A DNA stretch of 64,000 nt from Candidatus Gottesmanbacteria bacterium GW2011_GWA2_43_14 (lineage in GTDB: Bacteria > Patescibacteriota > Microgenomatia > 2-02-FULL-39-11), in assembly GCA_000999095.1 (NCBI GenBank), contig LCFP01000006.1:1823-65822 (forward strand). Direction: 5' to 3'. Both the position numbers and the translations under genes were made by a program. Of the stretch, positions 18,008-28,633 are shown piece by piece; positions within the stretch are counted from its first letter, which is position 1; every line of letters begins with the position of its first letter. Below the pieces are notes generated by a model. The model was not told the DNA's origin. It saw only the letters and a program-made list of their open reading frames with translations, and searched no databases.

Positions 18008-19273
18008 ATGGTATACGATAAAGAGACTTTAAAGAACGGATTGCGCCTTCTGACAATCCCCATGCCAGGAGTAGCCTCGGTGACTTTACTTCTGATGGTC
18101 GGTGCCGGCAGCCGCTATGAAGAAAAAGAGATTAACGGCCTTTCACATTTTTTGGAGCATATGGCATTTAAGGGGACGAAAAAAAGGCCGACGGCTCTCG
18201 ATATCGCTACCCTGATCGACGGCATCGGCGGAGAGTTTAACGCTTTTACCAGTAAAGACCACACCGGTTATTACATCAAAGCCGCTTCCAAGCATTTGCC
18301 GCTGGTTTTTGATGTCCTGTCCGACATGATGCTGCATTCCAAGTTTGATCCGGCGGAAATTGAAAGGGAAAAGGGTGTCATTATCGAAGAGATCAACATG
18401 TATGAAGACATGCCTATACGCAAAATTTCGGACTTGTACGAAAATCTGCTTTACGGAAACACCAAGCTCGGCCGGGACATTGCCGGAATCCCGGATGTCA
18501 TAAGGTCGATCAAAAGAGATGATTTTCTCTCATATCTTAACCGTTTCTACAGCCCGGCCAACACGATTGTGACAGTCAGCGGCGGCATTGACGGGGATTT
18601 AAGGGAGATGACCGCAAAATATCTGGGACTTTGGCAAAACAAAAAAACTGAAAGACCGGAAAAAGCCGGCGACGAACAAAAAAAACCGGCACTTCTTCTG
18701 CGGCATAAAGATACTCAGCAGGCGCATTTATGCATCGGCGTCCGCAGCTACAGTCTGACCAATCCTGACCGTTATAAGCTGGGCCTCTTGACCAATATAT
18801 TGGGCGGCGGCATGTCATCGAGGCTGTTTATTGAAGTCCGCGAGAGAAGGGGATTGGCTTATTATGTCCGCTCATCCAATGAAATGTATACCGATGTCGG
18901 AAATTTTGTCACCCAGGCCGGAGTCGATACCAAACGGATTGACGATGCCATCAAAGTTATCCTGGGTGAATTCAGCCGGATCAGAGAGGAACCGATTAAA
19001 GCGGAAGAACTGAAAAAAGCCAAAGAGAATCTCAAAGGAAAACTGATTTTGGACCTTGAAGACAGCCGGAATGTGGCAGGCTTGTTTGCCTCGGCTGAAC
19101 TTCTTGAGGATAAAGTAAGAACACCTGAGGAAATCATGAAAAATGTTGATAAGGTGACGGCCGAAGAGGTCATGGAAACAGCCCGGAATATCTTTAAAGA
19201 GCAGACATTAAATCTGGCCATCATCGGGCCGTATAAAGAAGAAGAGAGATTCAAAAAACTTTTAAAGCTATAA
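18008..19273 (+). CDS. M16-family zinc peptidase (insulinase/PqqL-like)
   Basis: Inverted zinc motif HFLEHMAFKGT (HxxEH) near the N-terminus. About 420 aa, typical of M16B. Confidence 0.75.
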   Translation: MVYDKETLKNGLRLLTIPMPGVASVTLLLMVGAGSRYEEKEINGLSHFLEHMAFKGTKKRPTALDIATLIDGIGGEFNAFTSKDHTGYYIKAASKHLPLVFDVLSDMMLHSKFDPAEIEREKGVIIEEINMYEDMPIRKISDLYENLLYGNTKLGRDIAGIPDVIRSIKRDDFLSYLNRFYSPANTIVTVSGGIDGDLREMTAKYLGLWQNKKTERPEKAGDEQKKPALLLRHKDTQQAHLCIGVRSYSLTNPDRYKLGLLTNILGGGMSSRLFIEVRERRGLAYYVRSSNEMYTDVGNFVTQAGVDTKRIDDAIKVILGEFSRIREEPIKAEELKKAKENLKGKLILDLEDSRNVAGLFASAELLEDKVRTPEEIMKNVDKVTAEEVMETARNIFKEQTLNLAIIGPYKEEERFKKLLKL

Positions 19274-19280
19274 TAAAGTC

Positions 19281-19706
19281 ATGGAAAGAACAATAGTTTT
19301 GATTAAACCCGATGCCGTCAGTAAAGGCTTTATAGGTAAAATCATTACACGCTTCGAAAAAGAAGGCTTTCTTTTGGTCGCCGCCAAATTCATGAGACTG
19401 CCGGATGATCTCCTGGATGACTGGTATGAGCATCACAAGGAAAAACCATTTTTTCCGGAACTTAAAAGCTTCATGACATCGACCCCCATCATGGCCATGC
19501 TTTGGGAAGGCAAGAATGTCATAGAACGGGTAAGAAAATTATGCGGTCCGACAGACGCCAGCCGCGCTCCAAAAGGCACAATCCGCGGTGATTACGGCGA
19601 AGACGTCCAGAAAAACGCAATTCACGCTTCGGAAGACGATCATGCCGCATCAAAAGAGATGGATCTGATGTTTCTCCCCCATGAAATCCAGGAATGGAAA
19701 AGATAA
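19281..19706 (+). CDS. ndk: nucleoside diphosphate kinase
   Basis: ERTIVLIKPDAV...GFLLVAAKFMRL...NAIHASED is the NDK fold signature, including the active-site His. 141 aa. Confidence 0.85.
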   Translation: MERTIVLIKPDAVSKGFIGKIITRFEKEGFLLVAAKFMRLPDDLLDDWYEHHKEKPFFPELKSFMTSTPIMAMLWEGKNVIERVRKLCGPTDASRAPKGTIRGDYGEDVQKNAIHASEDDHAASKEMDLMFLPHEIQEWKR

Positions 19707-19723
19707 AAAACCGCAGGACGAAT

Positions 19724-20914
19724 TTAAGTAACAAATCGGGAAATTTTTGATCTGATGGAATGGTCTGTCCTGTCAGCTGACTGATAATTCGGAGATTGAA
19801 AATAATAATAGAGGGCAGTCATCAGGGCGGATTGATACAATGGAGCAGCTTCTTGGGCAATACCCATATTACTTGTATGACTTACGCTTTGGCTTCCCGT
19901 TTCTCCGACGATATCGCTCACAATGACAAGAGCAATTGTTTTTATAGGATGTTCATCTGCAAACTTTTGTCTTAAGACAGCCTGTTCAAAAGTAATACCC
20001 ATACCATAAGCAGCGGTCAGATCAAGGTTACCGGCAACAAATAATTCATCTGCCCATTTTCCGGTTTGACCCGATCTAGCTTTTTCCACAAATTGTCTCC
20101 ACATATCAAATTCTTCCGGATTCTGGAATTCCGGAGTGCCAAGGGTGCCGGCGACGGCCACCGGTTTGACTTTCATACCATCTGCTCCGGCTGCATCAAG
20201 GAAAAACTTAGAGAGGATATTATCAGAGGTCGGAGCAAATTTTGATTGGAAATGCGAGCCCAGGAATTCATCCAAAATAGCGACCGGGCCATGACCTGGA
20301 TGCAGGACATTGGTAAACTCCGAATCGCTAAGGATTAATCCGGCTTCACCGACTTTCAAGGAATGCCCTTCACTGGCCCCGGCCAAATAGTCGGTAAAAA
20401 CAGGAGGGTCGATTCCCAAATCAGCTCTTTCGCGGCGGATCAGCTCTTTTACGACTCTTAATTGATGGGCAACAAGAATTGCCCCGTAGCTATGACCAAA
20501 ATACTCGTTGGGATGAACCCGGCCAAAAAAACCCAACATCCAATGTTCGTCATCAATTGGAACGGCATAAACTTCTCCATGGTGGCCTTTGGTTTCAGGT
20601 GCTACATTGTTATGGAAAATTCCTTGGCCTAGTTCCCCGAGACGGACTGCATTTTCACCGGGAGTATGACCTGTCGTAAAAACACCAAAAGCTGAAGGCA
20701 TAGGAAGTCCTTTCTCAGAAAAAGACGTTTCCAGTTCGTCGGCATCCAGGGATATATTGGCTATTTCAAGAGCCTGAACCCCTGCTCTTTCAGCCGTAAT
20801 AATAAAAGGGTTGAGTAAAGATTGAGTTGCCAGCAGGTCTTTTCTTAAGAATTGATCATCAAGAATACCGGAGACGTACTGTTGTCTGCGCCTGTCCGCT
20901 TCAAATCCGTTCAT
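19724..20914 (-). CDS. hypothetical protein (His-rich, possible metal-dependent hydrolase)
   Basis: 396 aa, no signal peptide. Conserved-looking GHTPGEN, GHHGEVY and HPGHGP segments. Family not recognised. Confidence 0.35.
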   Translation of the reverse strand: MNGFEADRRRQQYVSGILDDQFLRKDLLATQSLLNPFIITAERAGVQALEIANISLDADELETSFSEKGLPMPSAFGVFTTGHTPGENAVRLGELGQGIFHNNVAPETKGHHGEVYAVPIDDEHWMLGFFGRVHPNEYFGHSYGAILVAHQLRVVKELIRRERADLGIDPPVFTDYLAGASEGHSLKVGEAGLILSDSEFTNVLHPGHGPVAILDEFLGSHFQSKFAPTSDNILSKFFLDAAGADGMKVKPVAVAGTLGTPEFQNPEEFDMWRQFVEKARSGQTGKWADELFVAGNLDLTAAYGMGITFEQAVLRQKFADEHPIKTIALVIVSDIVGETGSQSVSHTSNMGIAQEAAPLYQSALMTALYYYFQSPNYQSADRTDHSIRSKISRFVT

Positions 20915-20982
20915 ATGACTTCATGAAATACCAAATTCAGAAATAATAGTGTTAATAGCTTGATTTGTCAATCCGGCCGTGA

Positions 20983-21477
20983 TTAGGCAGATTTTTTTTG
21001 CTTGAGTTTATGCAGCTTGGACAAGATATGTTTTTCCTTCTCAAATAAGTATTTAAAAATATCTTTTTCAACAATAAAGCCAACCACTCTGTCTTCATCG
21101 TTTAAGACAGGCAATATTCTGACGTTGTAGGCCATCATTTTGGAGAGGGCTTTGAATACATCCTCATCTTCCCCGACAGTATAAACCCGTTTATTCATTA
21201 AATCCCTGGCAGAAAGCTTGATCTGTTTTTCAATCTGATCGGCAATATCTTCAATCGTCGGCGCCTCAGGGTAAAATTCGGAGAAGAAATCCCGGTAATC
21301 GGGGATGAGGTTTTTCAGAATGTCCTCGGCTGTTATGATGCCTTTTATTTTATTATCAGCATCAACAACCGGCAGGATGTGGAATTTCAGTTTGGAAACA
21401 AGCTGCCAAACCCGGTCTAGTGGAATATCAGGAGTGACTGTTTTGGGCTTCAGCCGCATCAGTTGGCGGACTTTCAT
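20983..21477 (-). CDS. CBS domain pair protein
   Basis: Two CBS-like segments (..HILPVVDADNKIKGIITAEDILK.. and ..RILPVLNDEDRVVGFIVEKDIFK..). Confidence 0.7.
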   Translation of the reverse strand: MKVRQLMRLKPKTVTPDIPLDRVWQLVSKLKFHILPVVDADNKIKGIITAEDILKNLIPDYRDFFSEFYPEAPTIEDIADQIEKQIKLSARDLMNKRVYTVGEDEDVFKALSKMMAYNVRILPVLNDEDRVVGFIVEKDIFKYLFEKEKHILSKLHKLKQKKSA

Positions 21478-21556
21478 AACTTATACCCTTATTAAAAATA
21501 AACGGAACACAAGAAGGTTGTCAAGACAATTGCAATTTACTAAGATAGGCTAAATC

Positions 21557-22414
21557 ATGGCGGTACTTTTTGCTTTATTGGCTTTGGTCGGTTGGGGGAC
21601 AGGGGATATTGTCGTCGCCAAAGTATCCCGGAAAATCGGCAACCGGCTGACTGCCTTTATCTGGCTGATCGCCAGTTTTATCCTGTCATCCCTTTACCTG
21701 CCGCTTGCCGGACCGGTTAACGATTGGCCGATGCTGACAGCAGCAACCCTTCTCGGTTTTGCCGGCACATTGGGAACAATACTTTATTTTCAGGCTTTGG
21801 AAATCGGCAATGCTTCTCTGGTCGGGACCATAAGTGGCGCTTTTCCTATAGTGACAGTTCCTTTGTCAATTTTGCTTTTCCGGGAAAGTCTGTCATGGGT
21901 GCAGTTTGCGGCTATCTTCCTGACTTTAGCCGGTCTGATTTTGTCGACCCTGCATACAGATGACATAAAAAACAGAAATTTGGACCGGCTGCTTAAGGAA
22001 AAGAGCATTCTTTTTTCTTTCGCCACACTTTTAATATGGGGTATATATTGGACTTTGGTACGTTACCCGGTTGAGAAAATCGGCTGGTTTTGGACTGCTT
22101 ACCCCTCATATTTATTCTTTTTTGTCATGATTTTCTTTAAAATGGTGAAAAATTATAAAATAAAAACCCTGATGAATATTAAATTGGCGTTTTTGATCCT
22201 CTTAATGAGCAGTTTGACGACAATTGCCAATTTCGCCTATAACTTGGGCATAACTTACGGATATACCTCAATTGTAGCTCCGGTCGCCGGGTCGTCGCCT
22301 GTTTTATTTGTCATCCTCTCACGCTTTGTTTTCAGGGATAAACTAAACCTGCAACAGAAGATCGGCATCATAACTACATTAACCGGTATCATCCTGATCG
22401 CATTTTCTACTTAA
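21557..22414 (+). CDS. EamA/DMT-superfamily transporter
   Basis: Ten TM helices in a duplicated 5+5 arrangement, typical of EamA. 285 aa. Confidence 0.6.
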   Translation: MAVLFALLALVGWGTGDIVVAKVSRKIGNRLTAFIWLIASFILSSLYLPLAGPVNDWPMLTAATLLGFAGTLGTILYFQALEIGNASLVGTISGAFPIVTVPLSILLFRESLSWVQFAAIFLTLAGLILSTLHTDDIKNRNLDRLLKEKSILFSFATLLIWGIYWTLVRYPVEKIGWFWTAYPSYLFFFVMIFFKMVKNYKIKTLMNIKLAFLILLMSSLTTIANFAYNLGITYGYTSIVAPVAGSSPVLFVILSRFVFRDKLNLQQKIGIITTLTGIILIAFST

Positions 22415-22484
22415 AGCCGATTATTAACACTACTCTTACTCTGATTTCACAGGAATATAACAGGCTGAATATATAGTTGCGAGC

Positions 22485-23924
22485 ATGCCAGGGGAAGTGC
22501 CAGGACCGAGCGGAGAAGAGGAACAAAAGGTAATAGGTCAGGAGGCCGGTGATACGCTACCGACAAAACGAAGACGGTTCCTGAAGGTCGTCTTAGGAGG
22601 GACGGGAGCAGCAGGTCTCAGCGTTTTGGGTTATTACCTTACTAAGTACGGTATGCAATTTTTCAGTGACCCGCAAGATACAGATTACTTGGAAGGCACC
22701 CCGGTAACCCGAAAAACCTTTCCTTCAGCAGTCAGGACATCAGTTCCCAATGATGAGAATACTCCCCCTCCGCCATCTTCAACAAGTACACCTGCGGCAA
22801 CTCTGAACAAAACCGTCACTCCTACGACGTTTGATGAGGCTATGGCAACACCGGCAGTTGAAGTCCGAGAACTGTCACAAGAGCAAAAGGACTTTTTTTT
22901 CGGGCAATTTTTAGCTGACTATGATGTTTTTAAGGAAAGACATACCAGGATTATCTTTGACGGGGAAAGGCAGGTCTATTTCAATGACGACGGAGACATC
23001 TCCATGGAATCGCAGGTATTCGGCGAGCTGTTTGCCCATTTTGCCCAAGATGACGAAGCTTTTCATCAACTGACTAAACTGGACCGGAATTATATTGACG
23101 AGCGCGGATTGGCACCGTGGCTGATCTATGCCAAAGGAGGAGAGGACGAGACGGTCGTTACAGGTGTCATGATGTCCATGGCCTGGGTAAGGCTGCAGCG
23201 TCCGGAGCCTGAATATCAGGAAGAAGGCAGAAAAATCCTTGAGGGAATAAAAGAGTTTTCCATCGACAAGCAATACCTTATCCCCAAACCTTTTCATTGG
23301 GAGGGATTTGACGGGACAGCCAATCCTGCCAGTCCAAGCCCTTTATTTTTGGAAGATTTTGCCAAGGTTGATCCGTATTGGGCTGAAGTAGCAGCCAATA
23401 CCCGGGGTCTGATGGACAAGATCGGAAATCAGATAGAAGAAGGCTCTTTGGCTTCTTTTCCGACTTTGGTTGATATGGCGGAGGGGAAACCTGCTTATGA
23501 CGCTGATCTCGGGGAGCCGCACATCGATTACGACATTGCCTATACGACCTTGAACCAGTTGATGGGACTGCTTTATTGCGAGGACGAGGCAGCCCGGAAA
23601 AACGCCCGGGAGCAGTTGATTCTTTTGGACAGGTTTTATTATGGTAAGATAGCCAGACAGGAAGACAACGGAGATACGACTTATGACATCGAAGGACTGA
23701 AAGACGGGTATTTACTAAACGGAGAAATTGATGAAAGCGAGACAAGATATTCAAGAACCGCCTGGACCATGGCTGCCGCAGCAGCTTCTCTGACATCAGA
23801 GGATAGCGAATACCGGAAGTTTATGCTGGATGAGGTCCTGCCCAACCTGCCGACAAGTTACTCTTTTAACCAGTATATTCACACTTTTACCAATCTGGTC
23901 TTGAGCGGACGGATGAAGGACTAA
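22485..23924 (+). CDS. Tat-signal secreted protein, weak GH8-like motifs
   Basis: The N-terminal RRRFLKVVLGGTGAAGL looks like a twin-arginine signal. SMESQVFGEL and AYDADLGEP loosely resemble the GH8 SEGQSYGM and ATDADL signatures (weak). Confidence 0.35.
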   Translation: MPGEVPGPSGEEEQKVIGQEAGDTLPTKRRRFLKVVLGGTGAAGLSVLGYYLTKYGMQFFSDPQDTDYLEGTPVTRKTFPSAVRTSVPNDENTPPPPSSTSTPAATLNKTVTPTTFDEAMATPAVEVRELSQEQKDFFFGQFLADYDVFKERHTRIIFDGERQVYFNDDGDISMESQVFGELFAHFAQDDEAFHQLTKLDRNYIDERGLAPWLIYAKGGEDETVVTGVMMSMAWVRLQRPEPEYQEEGRKILEGIKEFSIDKQYLIPKPFHWEGFDGTANPASPSPLFLEDFAKVDPYWAEVAANTRGLMDKIGNQIEEGSLASFPTLVDMAEGKPAYDADLGEPHIDYDIAYTTLNQLMGLLYCEDEAARKNAREQLILLDRFYYGKIARQEDNGDTTYDIEGLKDGYLLNGEIDESETRYSRTAWTMAAAAASLTSEDSEYRKFMLDEVLPNLPTSYSFNQYIHTFTNLVLSGRMKD

Positions 23925-23971
23925 TCCAAGCCTCCCAGGAAACAAAACCTCAAGAGGATTGGATTTATGTA

Positions 23972-26200
23972 ATGAGTAAGAAAGAATTTGACCGTCGGGA
24001 TTTTTTAAGGTTGGCCGCAATTTCACCTACGACTTTTCTGCCGAAGATTGTTGAACCTGTCTCCTCTGCCGAAGCAAAAGAAAAGCTGGCTGAGGCAGGA
24101 ATCGCAGACTATCTTCCCGTATTTGCCATGGGACAGCGGATGGTGGACAAATACGGACTGACGCCATGGTCGGAACTTTATGAAGTATGCCAAAAGGTAT
24201 GTGCCGGAGAATTGGGCAAAGATTCCCCGGAAGTAAGCCTGTTGAGAGACGGTTGGGGAGAAAAATACGACCAGGCGTCTGACGACGCGGCTGCCTATGT
24301 AAAAAGCCTGCGCTTTAAACATGCTGACGATGTAAAAAGCCTTTTTAAAGACCATGGAGATAGTGACAAATCATTGGAATATAACAGGGACTACTTCACC
24401 AATGCCGCCCGACATTTCCCGATACACGCAATGTCCCTGTCAAAAAATGTAATCCTTCTTAAAGATGGGGGATGGGTCAGCGGGATCGATGGCCCGACCC
24501 GTATAACCTATGCGGAAAACCCAAATAGGGCCCCAAGTGTTTTTTTGCATGAATCCCAGCATCAGTTTAACGGCGGAGCCTGGAAAAGACTTAAACCCTA
24601 TATCAAAAAAGAGTGGTTTATTCATTTCGCGGAAACAAATATGCTGGCGGTTGAGAAAGCTACTGATTTATGGCTGTCGTCAGATTCAGAAGAGATGGCC
24701 GTCAGTTTTGTCAGGGGCGTATCACCTTTATATGAGTTTTCCCTCTCCGGGGATGCTGTAACAAGAGAAAAACAATTAGCCGATTTGCTGATACTGGAGA
24801 ATAGATTGATACCGGAATTTGGATCACTAGACGGGGATTACTTACAGAGAATGACCAGACTGGTATATTACGCAGTCAATAAAAAGCAGGACATTCGGAA
24901 TAAAATTATGGAAGGCGGAAAAATTTCCCGGCAGGAAATGGAATTATTCCAAGACTTTGAACTGGCTTTTTTGACCGCGCGGATGGTGCAAATTATTGAG
25001 CATCGGCTGGTAGATCCCGTTGAAAACAGCTATGGAGGATTGCCTGAAAATTTGGTCGAAATTACCGAAGATACCTTTTTCAATTTCAAGGCAGTCTTGC
25101 AGCAGGTCCGACTGGCAGCTTTATCCAGGCTCCCCAGGAATACCGACTACAAAACTATTAAAAAAGCCTTCGATATGGCAGTCATAATTGAAAATCCGGA
25201 AGAATTGCCCATATCGGAAGAAGCTAGGAAAGATATGGAATTATTGATTAAATACGGTGCCGTTGTCGTAAATGAGATAAGGTTGGGCGAATCTGAATAT
25301 AAATTCAGCATACTGCGCTTGCCGGATAATCCGACAGCACCCGACCAGCAATATGCGTATTTTCTTCTCAATCAGCCGCGCGGAATGATAAGAGGAATGT
25401 TGATCGGAGCGCCGAAAGGTTATGATTTCTCGCAAATTTCCCGCAAAAGTATTTTCCGAAACCATGACGATATTTCATGGTTATGGGCTTGGGAAAGAGA
25501 CGGACAGCAGGAGTTTTTTTTAATTTCCGAGAAAAATATCGAACCGTTATTGGAAAACCGGTTCAAGCCGCCGTTTGCATTCCGGCCAAACCATAAGCCG
25601 CTTCAGGAGTCTGATTTTTATATATCAACTTTGGGTTTCCACAAGACATTGGTTTTTACGGGATCTTTAAAATCCAGCCATACCAATCAAGGAACCCACA
25701 GCCGCAGGCTGGAAAACGCTACGGCTATAGTCAGAATTGATGAGAGGGACGACACTCATACTTATTCGTTGAGCCATTTTTCTGACTACCCTGAAAGCAT
25801 AGTGTTAATTCCGTCAATTGGTGATCAGGATTGCCTGCTTGCTAAAAATCAGCATGGTGTAAGGCTTTTGACGGAAGGCACAATCAGCAGTTTTTCACCT
25901 ATTAAAATCGGAACAATAAATGATTCCAATGATGATGAGGATTTAAGTTCAGTTGAGGCATTATGGTTGGGACGATATATAGTTAAAATGGATGTATTAA
26001 AAGAAACGGTGCCTTATTTGATTAAATTGCTGAATACAGATCAAAGCCGCGGTCATTTTATCGGTTTTGGCTGGGATTATTCATATCCGGACGGTTTCAG
26101 ATACTATATTTCCAAAAACAGAAGCGAGTTTTATCTGCCTGTTTTTAATATAGAACTAAACGCGGATATTCCGGAGAGAATAATACTTCCAGACGTTTAA
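23972..26200 (+). CDS. Tat-signal secreted protein with an HExxH motif (putative metallopeptidase)
   Basis: The N-terminal RRDFLRLAAISPTTFL looks like a twin-arginine signal. VFLHESQHQF contains HExxH. 742 aa, otherwise unrecognised. Confidence 0.35.
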   Translation: MSKKEFDRRDFLRLAAISPTTFLPKIVEPVSSAEAKEKLAEAGIADYLPVFAMGQRMVDKYGLTPWSELYEVCQKVCAGELGKDSPEVSLLRDGWGEKYDQASDDAAAYVKSLRFKHADDVKSLFKDHGDSDKSLEYNRDYFTNAARHFPIHAMSLSKNVILLKDGGWVSGIDGPTRITYAENPNRAPSVFLHESQHQFNGGAWKRLKPYIKKEWFIHFAETNMLAVEKATDLWLSSDSEEMAVSFVRGVSPLYEFSLSGDAVTREKQLADLLILENRLIPEFGSLDGDYLQRMTRLVYYAVNKKQDIRNKIMEGGKISRQEMELFQDFELAFLTARMVQIIEHRLVDPVENSYGGLPENLVEITEDTFFNFKAVLQQVRLAALSRLPRNTDYKTIKKAFDMAVIIENPEELPISEEARKDMELLIKYGAVVVNEIRLGESEYKFSILRLPDNPTAPDQQYAYFLLNQPRGMIRGMLIGAPKGYDFSQISRKSIFRNHDDISWLWAWERDGQQEFFLISEKNIEPLLENRFKPPFAFRPNHKPLQESDFYISTLGFHKTLVFTGSLKSSHTNQGTHSRRLENATAIVRIDERDDTHTYSLSHFSDYPESIVLIPSIGDQDCLLAKNQHGVRLLTEGTISSFSPIKIGTINDSNDDEDLSSVEALWLGRYIVKMDVLKETVPYLIKLLNTDQSRGHFIGFGWDYSYPDGFRYYISKNRSEFYLPVFNIELNADIPERIILPDV

Positions 26201-26206
26201 TATTCG

Positions 26207-26788
26207 TTAAAGCAAACCTTCTTTTTTGAGAACAGGGATAACATCTTCCAGGGGCAGGCCGATGACATTGGAGAGGGAGCCTTCGACTTTGGTGATGAAA
26301 TCCTGCGCGCTGACCAAAATATAACCGGCGGCGAAACGCGTAAATTCCGTCCGGTCAAGGAAAAAGTTTATCCCGTCATCCGACATCTTCCTGAAAGTGA
26401 CGAAACTTACATTGTCACTCTGGAAAATGACACTTTTTGTTTTATTAGTATATATTTTGATAATGTAAGTAGAGGTTACATATTTATGTTTTTTTCCTGC
26501 TAACCTCTTAAATATTCCGACGGCTTCCTGCCTGTCTTTGGGTTTACCGAGCAGTTTGCGGCCCAAAATAGCGCCCGAATCAGCCGATATGATAATTGCC
26601 GGTTTGGCGATTTTTAATGCAATTTCTTCGCCTTTAAGTTTTGCCCTAAGCTGAAGTGTTTTTTCCGGTGTCGGGGCAATAATCTTTTCTTCGTCCAGTT
26701 GCGAGTGGACAATTTCAAAGGGAATTTTCAGGTATTCCAGCAGTTTTTTCCGTCCCAACGATTGGGAAGCAAGTATCAAGCTCGGCAT
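26207..26788 (-). CDS. maf: Maf-family nucleoside triphosphate pyrophosphatase
   Basis: LILASQSLGRKKLLEYLKIPFEIV is the N-terminal Maf signature. 193 aa. Confidence 0.75.
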   Translation of the reverse strand: MPSLILASQSLGRKKLLEYLKIPFEIVHSQLDEEKIIAPTPEKTLQLRAKLKGEEIALKIAKPAIIISADSGAILGRKLLGKPKDRQEAVGIFKRLAGKKHKYVTSTYIIKIYTNKTKSVIFQSDNVSFVTFRKMSDDGINFFLDRTEFTRFAAGYILVSAQDFITKVEGSLSNVIGLPLEDVIPVLKKEGLL

Positions 26789-26809
26789 TGTAGTAGTATA
26801 ATAAAAAAA

Positions 26810-27037
26810 ATGCCGAATTTCTTTCCCGAGAACAGATGGCTCTTCCTGCCGGTCCTTTTACTGGAAATGGTTTTAAAAGGTTTTGCCCTCTGGAAGGCTG
26901 CCAGAAGAGAGCAGAAATACTGGTTTATTGCATTGCTGGTTTTAAATACAGTCGGCATACTGCCTCTTATTTACCTGCTTTTCTTTTCGGAAAAAATTCA
27001 CTTTAAACAATCCGCAAAGCCTTCAAAGAGAAAATAA
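26810..27037 (+). CDS. DUF5652-like small membrane protein
   Basis: ATG at 26810. LFLPVLLLEMVLKGFALWKAARREQKYWFIALLVLNTVGILPLIYLLFF matches the WKAAR..KxWFI..LxNTxGILP pattern of this CPR-enriched family. Confidence 0.45.
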   Translation: MPNFFPENRWLFLPVLLLEMVLKGFALWKAARREQKYWFIALLVLNTVGILPLIYLLFFSEKIHFKQSAKPSKRK

Positions 27038-27131
27038 CCGTGACCGTCAATTCAGAAAAGTTGGGATTTTCCTCATAATATTCCTCACGAAATTAGGAGT
27101 AACAATCATCAGCGGGTCATATGATCTGAAA

Positions 27132-27914
27132 ATGGAATTCTACCAGGCTTCAGTTCTGGACAGGTATGGTAAGCATGCTGATATCTTTCACCGCTATGAA
27201 ACTACAATTCATGCGGGTAATAATTATCGAAGTCAAATCCTGGATCCGTTTATAGCCGGAATTCCGGAAAATGGCGGCGGAGTACTTGATTTAGCCTCGG
27301 GAGCAGGGGAGATCACCCGTTACCTGAGTGAAAGATTTCCGGTAGTTGCTTTTGACCTTTCAGCTGAAGCTTTAAAATTGACCTCGCTAAAATTTACCGG
27401 TAAGGAAAAAAGACCTTTTCTGGTTCGGGGAATTGCCCAGAATTTACCATTCCAGAAAGAGCAATTTCAGGCAGTTCATGCCAAAGATATCCTGGTGCAC
27501 CTGGAGAATCATTCGGAATTTTTTGCAGGAATAAAAAGAGTATTAGCCCCCGATGGCAAAGTCCTTTTAGTGACGCAGATTATTATGGAAAAGCCTTATT
27601 TTTTAATACATATAGCTAGCGGAGAGGCTGAAAAAGTCTATTTTGATACAACCGCCGACTATATTAAAAAGATAATCTTGCTGGAGAAAGATCAGGAAAT
27701 CCGCTGGGTAACTCCGCCTTATTTTCCTGTCCAACCGCAAGTTTTGATTAACTCAGTCTACAGTTCAGGTTTAAAAATCGATAAATTATTAAAATGGCAG
27801 CCAACCGCGGATGAACCGGACTGGCATTCGGAACCGGAAGACAGGCTGGTGGCTGTCATTACCCGAAAATCCGGAATTGAAAAATTCATCTCCGACTTAT
27901 TTGGAGAGAAATGA
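27132..27914 (+). CDS. class I SAM-dependent methyltransferase
   Basis: VLDLASGAGEITRYL (motif I) ...VVAFDLS (motif II) ...FQAVHAKDILVHL. Confidence 0.65.
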   Translation: MEFYQASVLDRYGKHADIFHRYETTIHAGNNYRSQILDPFIAGIPENGGGVLDLASGAGEITRYLSERFPVVAFDLSAEALKLTSLKFTGKEKRPFLVRGIAQNLPFQKEQFQAVHAKDILVHLENHSEFFAGIKRVLAPDGKVLLVTQIIMEKPYFLIHIASGEAEKVYFDTTADYIKKIILLEKDQEIRWVTPPYFPVQPQVLINSVYSSGLKIDKLLKWQPTADEPDWHSEPEDRLVAVITRKSGIEKFISDLFGEK

Positions 27915-28613
27915 TCTATAGATCAGTGTGGAGATAACTCCCAATGAATAGGAGGAGGCAAAATAGAAAACAATAGGTAACTTTTTGAGTTTAATCCTGA
28001 ACGGATACAGGAGATAAATGGCAAACAGCATGACAAAGGTAAAAATATACATGTCGATACCGATTTCCTCAAAAGCCAGATTGGCAAAAATCCCGAGTCC
28101 TATAAACAAGCTATTGACTGATATAAAAAGCAAATCTTTGCCTGACACAGGTTTCTTTCTGGGCATTTTGGCTTCTATAAGCATCAAGGCAATATTCATG
28201 AGAATAAAACCTGCATAATATACATAGTGGCTGAATGCGTCATCATTGTATTTGATGATATTGCAGAAAGCGGAATCGGACTGACCGGTTGTGCAGAAAC
28301 GGAAGTGCAAATAGTTGGTGACCTCATGAGTACCAGAACCTGCGGCAAATAAATATATACCGGCAATAAACAAAATACTTAAGAAGACATACAGAGCTGT
28401 TTTCCGGAAGGGATGATCACCGGTGATTTCACTTTTGATCAGGTAATAGAGGAGAACAGCCATGAGGGGAATCGGCAGCATAGCATTGAAATCAAGAAGT
28501 CGCAGGAATTCGAAGGGCTGAAGGTGAAGTTGGGTAAGTCCGGTCAATCTGTTGAGCGATAGTATGATAATATTGACCGACAACAAAACCAGATACAAAT
28601 GAATCCGATTCAT
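27897..28613 (-). CDS. polytopic membrane protein, hypothetical
   Basis: About 6 TM helices. ATG at 28613 is preferred to the TTG at 28622. Confidence 0.4.
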   Translation of the reverse strand: MNRIHLYLVLLSVNIIILSLNRLTGLTQLHLQPFEFLRLLDFNAMLPIPLMAVLLYYLIKSEITGDHPFRKTALYVFLSILFIAGIYLFAAGSGTHEVTNYLHFRFCTTGQSDSAFCNIIKYNDDAFSHYVYYAGFILMNIALMLIEAKMPRKKPVSGKDLLFISVNSLFIGLGIFANLAFEEIGIDMYIFTFVMLFAIYLLYPFRIKLKKLPIVFYFASSYSLGVISTLIYRSFLSK

Positions 28614-28633
28614 CGTTATCAATATAACATGAT

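Noticed and set aside
26699-26809. N-terminal extension of the DUF5652-like ORF overlapping the maf gene
   Set aside because: The extension is antisense to maf coding sequence. The conserved small-protein pattern begins at the ATG at 26810.
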